Source: a virus. Taken from it: a DNA stretch of 64,000 nucleotides. The DNA lies in IMG/VR virus record IMGVR_UViG_3300032285_003468, positions 5,214 through 69,213 of that record, one strand, 5' to 3'. The position numbers and the translations under genes were made by a program. The notes beneath the pieces are model-generated. The model made no database searches, was not told where the DNA came from, and saw nothing but the letters and a program-made list of their open reading frames with translations. Below are positions 45,261-55,487 of this stretch, piece by piece (the stretch's first letter is position 1; each line of letters begins with the position of its first letter).

Positions 45261-45972
45261 TTTCGGAATAAATGTTTTTCACGATTGCTGTGTCGTAAAC
45301 GGCTGGGGTCGTAAACAAATGGGATGAAATGATGTCGTTGTACGGGGCGGGATGGGTCGGGTATTCCGCGTATCGGGAATCGGAATGCAAAATGATCCCG
45401 TTAGAGGCCATCAGAGTAGAAACCCACCTGTCGTCAGCCCAATCGGTAACCTCGCTTTCAGCTATCAATTTGGCGGCTTTGGGGCCTACCCAGTATCCGG
45501 CACCGCCTCTGGCACCAGTAGTCGTCACCGGAGACCACGGGGGGAGCCATGAGTATGATTTCCCGGTATACTCGTGATCCTGATACCCGCTAAACGCCAA
45601 ACGGAGGGCGTCGAAATAAGGGTCCGAGTAGCACACGAAAACGTAATCATACCCGTTCTCAATAGCCCATTTGACCTTCTCCTTGGTCTTATAGGCTACG
45701 TAAGGATATGAATCCGGAACTGGCAGTTCTACCACGTCATCCGCTGGGGGGACTTCACCGACAAATTCACCCTGTTTGTGGGGTAGGAAGTATTGACTCA
45801 GGGGTACAGGTAACTCCGTCTTGGAAGCATTCGGGCTACCCACAAATATGCGGTAATCCAATCCTTCGAGGCCGGAAACGTCCTTTAAGAACGTATCGCG
45901 GCACACTTGGTTGAACCCGTTATGCTCAAACAGCCTACAGCTACTTATTGCGATGAGCGATTTCATGGTCAC
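45250..45972 (-). CDS. Glycosyltransferase family 31-like
   Basis: RDTF, VPDSY..KT, GGAGYW, ADDRWVS. Confidence 0.65.
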   Translation of the reverse strand: MTMKSLIAISSCRLFEHNGFNQVCRDTFLKDVSGLEGLDYRIFVGSPNASKTELPVPLSQYFLPHKQGEFVGEVPPADDVVELPVPDSYPYVAYKTKEKVKWAIENGYDYVFVCYSDPYFDALRLAFSGYQDHEYTGKSYSWLPPWSPVTTTGARGGAGYWVGPKAAKLIAESEVTDWADDRWVSTLMASNGIILHSDSRYAEYPTHPAPYNDIISSHLFTTPAVYDTAIVKNIYSENER

Positions 45973-48900
45973 GCAATCTGGGTTCCGTTCCAGTAAAGGT
46001 TGGTTCCATCGGAGGTTAATGCGCCTCCTTGAAGGAACTGAACTTGTCCGAATATACCCGCGTAATACCCCCAGACAGCCGGATAATTGGGATCACCGTT
46101 AAGGTTTCCCATCCCCCACGTGGACTGGTTAAACGAACTCGGGAACAAACCAACTGTGTCTGGCCCAGATGCTACACTATTAGAAGAAATCTGAACCGCG
46201 CCGTTGGAGAAAGACGCGGAGCCGTCTGCATTTAGATAGCCAAAAGCATATCCCCAAGAAAGCCATCCTTGGTAGCCCATGCTGATTGCGGGTAAATCAT
46301 AATCGTTAGAAGGATTCCCCCAGCTAATTTGGCCGCTTTCGCCATTGTATTGATCGAGATGTGCCTTCCAAAGGCCCAACTTCATGCCGTTGCTCCAGAA
46401 GGAGCCGTCTGCATTGATTGAAGCAATCGGGAAAGCATAATTATTCGCCCACGTCCCGATTTTGATGCTACCATCAGAAGCAAGTTGGCTTGGACCGTTG
46501 GGCGCATACGGGCCTGTATTGCTAGAATTTACTGCTCCTGCCCAATCAATCGACCCATCGGGGTTGAGGGAAAGATTATCACATCCGGAGGGACCTGCGT
46601 ATCCGGAAATACTAGATGTACAAGTAAGTGCGCCATCATCCCAAAACTTTATGCGTGAAGTACTAGCAAGCCAATATGACCCCACACCCGGAAATGATGT
46701 ATATTCAGTAAACGGGCCACCACCGCCACCACCAACGGGATTGCCATTAAAATAAAGATTTAAGCCATCCGGAGTATAGAGTTTTCCGGTGGGGTCAAAA
46801 TATCCTGCGTATCCTGTGGATGGGTTTAGAGTTACCCCGTATCCAAAATAGATTCCATCGGAGGCTATTCCGCCCCATGAACTGCCCGAATAAGGGGAGT
46901 GGTTAACCGACAACGCCCCAAAATAACCCCAACCTGAGCCACTAATACTAGCCTGCCCGTAGGTAAAGCTCGCAGAACCGTCAGAAGAGATTTGAAACGC
47001 GTTATAATCATACCACGGATTGAACGGCCCCGTGATTCCAGCAAAAGTCGGGCTATCAGTCGTATTCAGTGACTGGTTGAATCCGCCAGAACTCAAAGGA
47101 AGCCCGTTGCTCAAATATGTGCCATCGGGGTTGATCTGAAAGCCAAACGTCCCAGAATTATTGTTCCACGGCCCCACAATAGTTCCGTCCTGCCAAATGT
47201 TTGTGGCTCCAAAACTACCGCCGTTGTAACCCCATACATTACCTCCGGCAAATCCTGCCAATCCGCAATCGACTCCGGCAAAAGTCGGGTTGTCGGTGGT
47301 ATTGAGTGACTGATTGAAGGGATTGCCGCCACCACCGCCAGTTATCAAATTTCCGTTACTATAGATACTACCGTCGGGGTTTAACTGGAAGGCGTATACT
47401 CCGACGTTGCCGTTGTAAGGCCCGTAGATGGTGCCATCCCCCGTAATACTCGTATTTCCAAAACTACCGCCGCCGTAACCCCAGACAGTACCGAAACCAA
47501 ACCCACTCGCGGCATTGTAGTCTTGTATTGACCCCCATGAAGTAATTTGTAACGCTCCGTTTACAAATGATGCGGAACCGTCGGGGTTCAGGGAAATGTT
47601 ATTGGCGGAATTATACCCTTGAGATCCGCTATTTCCAATTCCGAGACTTCCATCAACAAAAAGGGAGGAACCAAATTGTTTACCACCAGTATACCAAGCA
47701 CCCCAAGTAAGTAGTGCGCCGTCATTTCCCGAATGAAACGAGCCAGTTAAGTTAATGTCGGAAAACACCACGCTATCCGTCGTATTCAGCGACTGATCAA
47801 ATAGGTTGTACTCAGAAGTCAGATAACCCTGACCACCAACCCAATTCTGTACCCAATCCTGCATGGCAACACTCTGTGAACCATATTGAAGTCCAGAATC
47901 GTCGTAAAGTTGCCCGCCTCCGTTGAAATACAAACTTGCCCCGTGGATGTTCCCATAAACGTCAACTTGGAAATCATTTCCATTGCCGTAGAAACTACCA
48001 TCTGCATTGATACCAGCGGTCGGGACATAAAGACCTCCGTAGCTCCCGACATATCCGTTGTTGATCGCGTTGCCAAAAGAGTCGATTTGGAAGCCTCCGC
48101 TGGCAAAAGATGCGGAACCGTCATAATTTAAAAGGATTTTTTCAACTCCTGATCCATCCAAGTTCCTTGGCCCAACAACAAAACCGTCAGATGCAAGGTT
48201 GCCGTAAGTGTCTGTCGAAAGCACAACACCACCAAAATTAGGGGCTCCAAGATTGATCGACCCGTTGGAGTTTAGCGTGGCAGCTCCAAAATTATTTGAA
48301 CCAGCAATTACAGAACCAAACGTCAACCCGGTGAATGTAGGTGTGTCCGTTGTATTCAGGGACTGGTCGAACGGGTTGCCTGCCCCACCTCCAGCACCTA
48401 ACTGAACGCCGTTGCTCCAGAATGTACCATCGGTGTGGATTTGAGCTGCTCCGTTGGCGAATGATGCGGAGCCGTTGGCCGTTAAATTGTTAATTGATGC
48501 GTTTCCGTAGCCATCATCCAAAGTTGAATTAGGGCCACCAATGCCCATTGGGCCAACCATGCTTTGCGTATTCCCGTCGGTAAAAAAAACATTCCCATTA
48601 AATGTTCCCGCACCAAAAGTCGGGGTGTCAGTCGTATTCAGCGACTGGTCAAACGGATTGCCTGTCTGAATAGCCTCCCATGCGGCATCTTTGCGGGCGT
48701 ATTGGCTCCCGTCGCTTGGTGCGTCGTTGACCGCCGACATGGTCCCGAGGGTCGGGAAATTGGTGATGTCGGCAATAGTTAGAACAATGCTTCCGGTACG
48801 GCCTGCCACGGAATTGACATAGCTACCAGCAGGTTGTTTGCCGTCTAACGCGGTCTGAAGACCAGAGATAGCAGAGATAGCAGCTCCTGACTGAAGCGCG

Positions 48901-49319
48901 GTGTCAGCTTTCGCGCCTTGAGCGGCAGTGGCGTAACTACCGGCGGGCTGATAACTGCCTACAGGTTGTTTGCCGTCTAATGCGGTTTGAAGACCGCTGA
49001 CATCTGAAATTGGGTGAGTGTGGGCTGAGGGACGGTGGTCCTGCTCTAGCAAGGCACCTGGTCCCAGATCTTCCCAGTAAGTATTACCCCCGATAGTAGG
49101 AGTAATGGAATCGTTGGGGTGAAGAGCACGGAAAACGTGTCCTTGGTACCAGACAAAAGTGCCTATTTCGTATTGATTGCCCGTTCCGCTAGTATGATTG
49201 TCGCTCCAGGCGGTAGCGGAGAGAACAGTAGCATAAGTATTAGACCCAGGCGTCGGGGCGGGTGTATAAACACCGGTTGAACCACTCTGATCGGGAAACG
49301 GGTTCTGTGTAAACGCCAT
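45969..49319 (-). CDS. Tail fibre / receptor-binding protein
   Basis: 1116 aa, Gly/Ser/Asn-rich; HTHPISDVSGLQTALDGK and VNSVAGRTG fibre motifs; five F(D/N)QSLNTTD repeats. Confidence 0.85.
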   Translation of the reverse strand: MAFTQNPFPDQSGSTGVYTPAPTPGSNTYATVLSATAWSDNHTSGTGNQYEIGTFVWYQGHVFRALHPNDSITPTIGGNTYWEDLGPGALLEQDHRPSAHTHPISDVSGLQTALDGKQPVGSYQPAGSYATAAQGAKADTALQSGAAISAISGLQTALDGKQPAGSYVNSVAGRTGSIVLTIADITNFPTLGTMSAVNDAPSDGSQYARKDAAWEAIQTGNPFDQSLNTTDTPTFGAGTFNGNVFFTDGNTQSMVGPMGIGGPNSTLDDGYGNASINNLTANGSASFANGAAQIHTDGTFWSNGVQLGAGGGAGNPFDQSLNTTDTPTFTGLTFGSVIAGSNNFGAATLNSNGSINLGAPNFGGVVLSTDTYGNLASDGFVVGPRNLDGSGVEKILLNYDGSASFASGGFQIDSFGNAINNGYVGSYGGLYVPTAGINADGSFYGNGNDFQVDVYGNIHGASLYFNGGGQLYDDSGLQYGSQSVAMQDWVQNWVGGQGYLTSEYNLFDQSLNTTDSVVFSDINLTGSFHSGNDGALLTWGAWYTGGKQFGSSLFVDGSLGIGNSGSQGYNSANNISLNPDGSASFVNGALQITSWGSIQDYNAASGFGFGTVWGYGGGSFGNTSITGDGTIYGPYNGNVGVYAFQLNPDGSIYSNGNLITGGGGGNPFNQSLNTTDNPTFAGVDCGLAGFAGGNVWGYNGGSFGATNIWQDGTIVGPWNNNSGTFGFQINPDGTYLSNGLPLSSGGFNQSLNTTDSPTFAGITGPFNPWYDYNAFQISSDGSASFTYGQASISGSGWGYFGALSVNHSPYSGSSWGGIASDGIYFGYGVTLNPSTGYAGYFDPTGKLYTPDGLNLYFNGNPVGGGGGGPFTEYTSFPGVGSYWLASTSRIKFWDDGALTCTSSISGYAGPSGCDNLSLNPDGSIDWAGAVNSSNTGPYAPNGPSQLASDGSIKIGTWANNYAFPIASINADGSFWSNGMKLGLWKAHLDQYNGESGQISWGNPSNDYDLPAISMGYQGWLSWGYAFGYLNADGSASFSNGAVQISSNSVASGPDTVGLFPSSFNQSTWGMGNLNGDPNYPAVWGYYAGIFGQVQFLQGGALTSDGTNLYWNGTQIA

Positions 49320-49389
49320 GGGATTTTTTCTTAAAAGTTGGGTGTAGCTGGCGGGGGATAGAACCCCACCAGGCTACGGGTTTTGATTT

Positions 49390-49914
49390 TTACTTCTTGA
49401 GCTTCTTGGCCTTCTTCTCGATTGCGCTGAGGAAATCCTCGGGCTCGCCTTCGTCGTTGGCTTCGGGCTCTTCGGTCGAGGGCTCAGACTCATCTTCGCT
49501 CTCGTCGGAGTGATTCTCCTCGGACTCGTCTTCAGAAGCCTCCTCTTCGGGGGTTTCAGAAGCCTCCTCTTCAGGGGTCTCCTCCTCACTTTCAGCGCCT
49601 TCGTGCTCGTCCTCAACGGAAGCACCGTCGAGTTCGTGAAGAACGAGTTTACCGTTCTCCATTTTCAAGGTGGCCATAGCGTCGAACGGTTCCCCGTCCT
49701 TAACGCCTTCAGGCATCTTGAAGCCAGCAGGCTGTTTAAAAGTGATTTTACCGGTCTTCTTGCCGGACATTTCGTCTTCAACAAGAGGTCCGGAGACATC
49801 TTTGTTTTCGGGCGAACCGCCAGACATGGAGCCGTTAAGATATTGTTCCATCGGGTTCATGTGCTTCTCCTTAGATTTGGGTTTGCCCATTCCGATGATA
49901 AGCATTGTGCCCAT
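49390..49914 (-). CDS. Acidic hypothetical protein after capsid gene
   Basis: 174 aa with E/D-rich tail. Confidence 0.75.
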   Translation of the reverse strand: MGTMLIIGMGKPKSKEKHMNPMEQYLNGSMSGGSPENKDVSGPLVEDEMSGKKTGKITFKQPAGFKMPEGVKDGEPFDAMATLKMENGKLVLHELDGASVEDEHEGAESEEETPEEEASETPEEEASEDESEENHSDESEDESEPSTEEPEANDEGEPEDFLSAIEKKAKKLKK

Positions 49915-49938
49915 ACGGTTTGGTAATCATCTCCCGGA

Positions 49939-49968
49939 AGAGTCAGGGGTTTTTAGGCCCCTGACTCT
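49939..49968 (-). terminator. Hairpin downstream of major capsid gene
   Basis: AGAGTCAGGGG (49939-49949) pairs with CCCCTGACTCT (49958-49968). Confidence 0.6.
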
Positions 49969-49983
49969 CATTGGGAGGGTGGA

Positions 49984-51294
49984 TTAGGCTACGGTGTTGA
50001 GCGACTGACCGCTGGCAAGCTGGCTCTCGGAGAGAACAGGATTGACCAGGATGTTCGCGCTACCATGAGTCACACCATCCAGGATCAGCGGGGTGCTGGC
50101 GCGGAGGTGGCGGATGACATAGCCCCACTCAGGACGGATCGGCTTGGATCCAGAGCTCAGAATCGCCCTAAAATATCCGATTGTACCGTCCGGATTGGTG
50201 TCCGGGGTGATGATGTTCTTCCACTTGAAGTCGCCCATGTAGGAGACTGCGTCGAAGGTGACATTGCTTCCTGCGGCCGTGATGGGCTTAGGAACGAGGT
50301 TGGTGAACACATCCTGGTGGAAGATGATCGTGTCCTCGTACTGAGCGGTCTCGTAAGCGGGATTGATGTCGAACTTAACACCCTGAGTCGTGGCGACGGG
50401 GGCGTACGGGAGAACCCGGACCCAAGCACCGTTGACGAGGTTGTAGCGAGGACCCCAATCGTCCACCATGTGGAAGAAGCCAGCGTAGCTGCGCTCGATC
50501 CCGAGGGGCGAGAGAAGCTCGTTGACCTTGCTCGACCAGCGGTAATCCTGACGAATGTCGGGGTTAGCGGCGATGAGGTTGCGGGAAGCCTCGGAGGAGA
50601 GAATCGCACCGAAGACGGGGCGGCTGTTCTCGCGATCGAGGGGGTTGTTGCCTGCGCCGTCACGAATGAGCTTCATGTAGACGCGGTCAAGGATGCCCTG
50701 GACCAGAGTGCTGGTGGGGGCAGTGACCGAGAAGCTCGATCCATCGCCGGAGTTGCCGATGAGCTGGCCGTTGGAATCAACAGCAGCGTTCAGCTTGTTC
50801 TGGGCGATGCGGACGAACTCGTCGCGATAACGATCCTGCCAAGCGTAGGAGGTGTTCTCCTGGAGGATGGCGAAGATGTTGCTGAGCTGCTCCTTGCGCT
50901 TGAGGCTGAAGCGCAGATCGTTCACGGAGAGCTTGGGGCTCTCAAGAGCAGTCTGGGTCAGGTTGTAAGCACGGAGGGTCTGCGCGAACTGGATGACCTG
51001 AGCGGAAGGAACGGCGTTGTTGCCGAAACCAGTGCCCTGGGCAACCGAAGTGCCATTGACGTAGCTGCCGTCAGCGGCAGAAACGGGGTCGATGGAAATG
51101 CGGTTCCAGCTAAGGGCGTTGGCGGGAAGCGAACGCTCGTAGGTCAGAACGCGGATGGTGTCGCCCATCTCGTCCGGCCAGACGTCTTTCTTGACGAGCT
51201 TGAGCCAGGGGGAGGTGTTGAGCGTTTTGCGATAAATATCAGGGCCGATACGATTAGCTTCGTTGATCAGCACCTGTTCGATGTCATAAGCCAT
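49984..51294 (-). CDS. Major capsid protein
   Basis: 436 aa after portal and scaffold, strongly biased codons, own promoter and 3' hairpin. Confidence 0.8.
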   Translation of the reverse strand: MAYDIEQVLINEANRIGPDIYRKTLNTSPWLKLVKKDVWPDEMGDTIRVLTYERSLPANALSWNRISIDPVSAADGSYVNGTSVAQGTGFGNNAVPSAQVIQFAQTLRAYNLTQTALESPKLSVNDLRFSLKRKEQLSNIFAILQENTSYAWQDRYRDEFVRIAQNKLNAAVDSNGQLIGNSGDGSSFSVTAPTSTLVQGILDRVYMKLIRDGAGNNPLDRENSRPVFGAILSSEASRNLIAANPDIRQDYRWSSKVNELLSPLGIERSYAGFFHMVDDWGPRYNLVNGAWVRVLPYAPVATTQGVKFDINPAYETAQYEDTIIFHQDVFTNLVPKPITAAGSNVTFDAVSYMGDFKWKNIITPDTNPDGTIGYFRAILSSGSKPIRPEWGYVIRHLRASTPLILDGVTHGSANILVNPVLSESQLASGQSLNTVA

Positions 51295-51519
51295 AATGGT
51301 GAATGAATTGGGGTGTGGTTGAATAAACCCGCCACAAGAAATTGTCCCTGTGAATTAAACGGATCGATTCATGCGCCTAAGCGCAGTTGGGTTTCCCTAC
51401 CCGAGCCAGGGAGAGCAGTCCGTGAAGACTGGTTTTAAGCTCTAGAACAGTGTACTAACGAAGCATGATTGAGGCTCAGGCCGCCTTTTTTGAGTAGATG
51501 TGACTCTGGGCACGTAGGA

Positions 51520-51548
51520 GGGTTAAAGCGCGACAATCCTCATGTCAA
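51520..51548 (-). promoter_or_regulatory. Putative capsid promoter
   Basis: Minus strand TTGACA (51548-51543), 17 nt, TAACCC; weak -10. Confidence 0.45.
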
Positions 51549-51558
51549 TACTTTTTAC

Positions 51559-51592
51559 AAAAAAAAGACCGCTTCCCCGAAAGAAAGCGGCC
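51559..51592 (-). terminator. Intrinsic terminator after scaffold gene
   Basis: Minus strand GGCCGCTTTC-TTTCG-GGGAAGCGGTC followed by a T run. Confidence 0.8.
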
Positions 51593-51617
51593 CTTCTTTG
51601 TCTTGGTGGACTAAAAG

Positions 51618-52871
51618 TTAACCAAGCTGTTGGTCTAAAGCCTCAAGGAAACCGAGATCTTCGGGTACCGAACGACTGGACTCGGATGATCCGGAACCCG
51701 CTTTGGGAGAACCATTCCGATACCCAGCAATCGTTTTGTTAGCCTTGTCCAAATCCGATTTGGCCGATTTAAGGGCCTTCAGCAAATGAGGAAGCAAAGC
51801 TCCCGAATGAGCTAAATAGGATTTCAGTTCAGGGGTAGCATTGCTGTAATCACCCTTGGCAAGGCGCTGGACATCAGAGGCAATCTCCTCGTCGGAGAGA
51901 ACGGGGATCTGTTTCTTGAGATCCTCAAACACTTTCGTCGTAGCTTTCTCGTAAGCAGCTTTAGCTTCGGTAGCTGATTTCTCAGATTCCTCCTGCTGCT
52001 TGGCAATCTCAGCCTGACGCTGCTGCTCAATCTGAGCCATGCGCTCCCGGCTGGAGGATTGGTAATAATCCCTACGGCGAATGATTTCATTGTAATCATC
52101 GTTGGCAGCATAGAACCGAAGGCGGTCCCTCTCATTCATGCTGGCCGCAATGTCAGCGATCAGATCGCTTTGCCGGGCTGGATCCGCCTCAGCGAAAGCA
52201 GCAAGCATATCTTGAGAATTCAACTCATACCTTTGAGCAAGCTGACCCAGGAACCCGACAACATTGACCATGGGCTCATATACGTTTTGCTTGTACTCAG
52301 AAGTCGCCTCAACCCGGGCTGTAGCCAATTCCTTCTCATACTCGGAATTGATTTGACGAAGGCGTTCTACCTCAGAGGAATCAACAGCGGGAGTAGTCTT
52401 AACCTTCTCCAGCTCAGTTTTAAGAGTTTCGATCTCTTTCTTGTAAGCCCGGTTTTCATTCCGAAGCTCACCCCACTTTACAGCGGCCTTTTCGGTAAGT
52501 CCCTTGGGAGTTTCTTCAGAAACCTCTTCGCTAGGTTCTTCAGCCTTCGATTCATCTTCCTTAACGACTTCCTTATCCTCGATCGGTTCAGGCTCCTCAG
52601 ATTTATCTACTTCAACAGTCTTTTTGGAAGAAACCTTAGCCTTTTTTTCTTTCACGGGTTTGACCTTATCCGCCTGTTTTTCGGCAGCGGTCTTATCGCC
52701 ATCATCAACTTTTCCGTATTTGGTGGCTCCGGTCTCTTTATTGATACTGTCCATCGCCTGATCAAGGCGGCTGGCCCAGTCCATATCTCCGGAATCCGGA
52801 GTGCTTACGGGGGGTGTAACTTCCAGGTTGGCCTGGGGTGATGTTTCAATTAGGGTGGATTCTGCGTCCAT
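51618..52871 (-). CDS. Capsid scaffolding protein
   Basis: 417 aa, acidic N-terminus then coiled coil, between portal and capsid. Confidence 0.7.
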   Translation of the reverse strand: MDAESTLIETSPQANLEVTPPVSTPDSGDMDWASRLDQAMDSINKETGATKYGKVDDGDKTAAEKQADKVKPVKEKKAKVSSKKTVEVDKSEEPEPIEDKEVVKEDESKAEEPSEEVSEETPKGLTEKAAVKWGELRNENRAYKKEIETLKTELEKVKTTPAVDSSEVERLRQINSEYEKELATARVEATSEYKQNVYEPMVNVVGFLGQLAQRYELNSQDMLAAFAEADPARQSDLIADIAASMNERDRLRFYAANDDYNEIIRRRDYYQSSSRERMAQIEQQRQAEIAKQQEESEKSATEAKAAYEKATTKVFEDLKKQIPVLSDEEIASDVQRLAKGDYSNATPELKSYLAHSGALLPHLLKALKSAKSDLDKANKTIAGYRNGSPKAGSGSSESSRSVPEDLGFLEALDQQLG

Positions 52872-52886
52872 AATAAGGGGTGGGTT

Positions 52887-53183
52887 TTATTCTTCGTTTG
52901 GTTCTGACATGTATTTCCAAGGAGCCATTCCGGTCTCGTCGGGAGATTTTTGCTTCTCCACGGCTAGGGCCTTTAGGTTCTTCAGAAACTCAAAATACCC
53001 TTCACGCTTGGCGTTAAGGAGGGCGTTGTTCTCAAGCAAATTCGGTGTGTTGGCCGGATACTTGGTTTTGGGTAACCCCACGTCAGTTAAAACTGACAGG
53101 GCAGTCTGCATAGCGGGTTCGCTTAACAGGACACGAAGTCCTGCAATCAAGTCGGGCCTTTCGGCCCACTCTTTATAGGTCAT
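52887..53183 (-). CDS. Small head morphogenesis-region protein
   Basis: 98 aa between portal and scaffold. Confidence 0.7.
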   Translation of the reverse strand: MTYKEWAERPDLIAGLRVLLSEPAMQTALSVLTDVGLPKTKYPANTPNLLENNALLNAKREGYFEFLKNLKALAVEKQKSPDETGMAPWKYMSEPNEE

Positions 53184-53202
53184 TTAGGGATTTTGTTTTG
53201 TG

Positions 53203-55443
53203 TTAGGCAGAAGCGGATTGCTTCCGAATTTTTTGTGCCATTTCGGCGTCTTTTAAAGCCATTCGCTGCCGGGCCTCGGCGGCCTCTAGCTGCATTTCTT
53301 GTTCGTGACGTTGGGCCTGGATCTGCATCTCCTGCTGATGCTTCTCGGTAGCCATTTGCTGTTCGGGATTGACCTCAGGCTGCTGAGGCTGTTGCTGCGC
53401 CTGCTGAGCTTGCTGGGCCTGCTGAGCTTGCAACTTTTCTCCAGTTTGCTGGAAAATTTCACCGGCTTGAGAAAGGGCTTTCTTGAGGGGGCCGTAATCC
53501 TGTTTGCGGCTAGGATCTTGAGCAACCTGCTCCAAATGCTGGGTCGCATGAGGAAGCATAACTTGAGCGTAGGCCACGGCCTGCTGAGGATCAACCTGCT
53601 GTTGTTTAAGAGCCTGAGCCTGCTGCGTGATGTCTTGGATATGAACCTGCGCGTGAACGAAATGGTTTTCTCCGGGGGAAACCTGAATCTGTTTGCCCTG
53701 AGCCATGGCGGCATTTTCCAGCTCGGCGATCTTCTGATCGATAACCGGGCGAGAGTCGGGCTGCTTGGGAACATAGCGGTCAACCTGATCGTAGCCGACC
53801 CGGACAGCGAGGCGGTCACGAAGGACATTCTGCTTACCCTGCTCATCAAACTGGCCGAGCATCTGCATCATCTCGTCCATCGCCACAAGGCGAAGCTGAT
53901 CGGAACCTGCACCGATTGCGCGAACGGCGTTCACCTCCTGGATTTGATTGTGGAGGACGTCGAGGGGTACGCCTCGCTCGGTGCAATACTTCCAGAACGC
54001 CATGACCTGCTGGCCGCCACGTTCATACGAAAGATAATCGGCCCGGGTGGCACGCTTGAAGCATCCGCGAAGCAGGCGGGTCCAGGGCTCATAGAAAAGA
54101 TTCATCGCCGCCGAAGTCAGGCGAGCATCCCCCTGAAGCTGAGCTTGCACCTCAAACTTGGTGCGCTCTTGAGGATTAGGGTTTCCCGAGGGTGAGCTAT
54201 ACGCTCCAGCGCGGCGCTGAAGCTGCTCGGCCATGTCCTGAAGAACGGGAATGGCATTCTGCCCAAAGTTCGGAATCTGCTTGTCGACAATGTTGACTCC
54301 GCTCTGAAGAACGCTCAACGGGCCAAGATACTCGAAAGCCAAATTCTCCAGCGCATCTTCGCTTTCGGGCTGAACCAGCAAAGAGCTGCTCAACATAGAG
54401 CCGTCGATAAGCTGACAGCGCATGCGATTAGATACCTGGATATGTGGGAAAATCTTATATCCCAAACCGCGTATGCTTTGATAAAAACCGTTGGTTCCAA
54501 CACCAAAAGTGAAGGTTATGAAAGCATCGGTGGCTTTTGCGAAACGACCGCGCTTCTGATACAGAAAATCTTCGTTGCTGCCGTCGGCAAGCGAGATGTA
54601 GTGGGAAACGGTCCCATCATACTCTTTGACCCAACCGTGAATTACACGAACCTCGGAACCGGAACCGTGAGCGACAAAAACGTCGTTGTTCTTCAGATCT
54701 TCCTGATAACGCTCCCAATCGGTGATGTGATAAGTGCTTTGCGCTCCGGTATTAGCAAGGATCGCCTTCTTAACCTCGTCGAGGTTCCAACCTAGCTGCT
54801 CTGCTTTCTCTTCGTCTTTAATGAAATTGTACAACTCGTGAGCCCGCATAATCCGGGGGCTGATCGCAACTTCGATAGAATCTTCGGCCGCCCATGTTCT
54901 ACGGGGAACAAGGAAATCCCCGATCTTAGAAACCTGCCAGCGCCAGTCGTACTCGTCTTCCCAGTAGGTGACAGAAACGCCATGCTTCACAAAGTAATTG
55001 GCGTTCAACATGTACTTGGGGAAAAACTCGTCCCATTCGCGGAGCATCTGAGTAAACCCGGCAGCGATGATCTGCTCGTAATCACCCTTTTTCTGAGGGT
55101 CCTTCTCCTTTACCTGCACTGAAATCAGATTCTCAACGGAATTGATGAGATCAATGTAACCGGCCAGGGCGGCTTCAAGCAAAAACTCGGCCTCGCCAAA
55201 GTTTAAGTTACAGCGACTAGCCATACCGGCCTGGCGAAGAACGTTGTCGTCGTAGGGAGCGGCACCATCAAACATGGCGTCGACTTCGGCACGATTGCGG
55301 GCGTTCACGTCGTCCGCTTGCTTCAGGCGCAAAAAGACTTGATGCAGGGAATCCGGATCCTTGATACGGCTCGGAGGCGGCGTACCATCAGGCTTGAGAT
55401 TACCTACGAGCGGGTCGTTAACACTAGGTGAGAGATATTCCAT
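53203..55443 (-). CDS. Portal protein
   Basis: 746 aa directly after terL; ERTKFEV motif and long Gln-rich C-terminal helix as in podovirus portals. Confidence 0.8.
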   Translation of the reverse strand: MEYLSPSVNDPLVGNLKPDGTPPPSRIKDPDSLHQVFLRLKQADDVNARNRAEVDAMFDGAAPYDDNVLRQAGMASRCNLNFGEAEFLLEAALAGYIDLINSVENLISVQVKEKDPQKKGDYEQIIAAGFTQMLREWDEFFPKYMLNANYFVKHGVSVTYWEDEYDWRWQVSKIGDFLVPRRTWAAEDSIEVAISPRIMRAHELYNFIKDEEKAEQLGWNLDEVKKAILANTGAQSTYHITDWERYQEDLKNNDVFVAHGSGSEVRVIHGWVKEYDGTVSHYISLADGSNEDFLYQKRGRFAKATDAFITFTFGVGTNGFYQSIRGLGYKIFPHIQVSNRMRCQLIDGSMLSSSLLVQPESEDALENLAFEYLGPLSVLQSGVNIVDKQIPNFGQNAIPVLQDMAEQLQRRAGAYSSPSGNPNPQERTKFEVQAQLQGDARLTSAAMNLFYEPWTRLLRGCFKRATRADYLSYERGGQQVMAFWKYCTERGVPLDVLHNQIQEVNAVRAIGAGSDQLRLVAMDEMMQMLGQFDEQGKQNVLRDRLAVRVGYDQVDRYVPKQPDSRPVIDQKIAELENAAMAQGKQIQVSPGENHFVHAQVHIQDITQQAQALKQQQVDPQQAVAYAQVMLPHATQHLEQVAQDPSRKQDYGPLKKALSQAGEIFQQTGEKLQAQQAQQAQQAQQQPQQPEVNPEQQMATEKHQQEMQIQAQRHEQEMQLEAAEARQRMALKDAEMAQKIRKQSASA

Positions 55444-55487
55444 TTAGGGAAGGGTGGGCGTAGTAGAGTCGCGGTATATGATTCCTG

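Noticed and set aside
45969-49319. Diversity-generating retroelement acting on the tail fibre
   Set aside because: No reverse transcriptase in the window and no template/variable repeat pair differing at adenines seen
50065-54195. Long antisense ORFs opposite capsid, scaffold and portal (also 18555 and 29162)
   Set aside because: Shadow frames produced by codon bias of the real minus-strand genes
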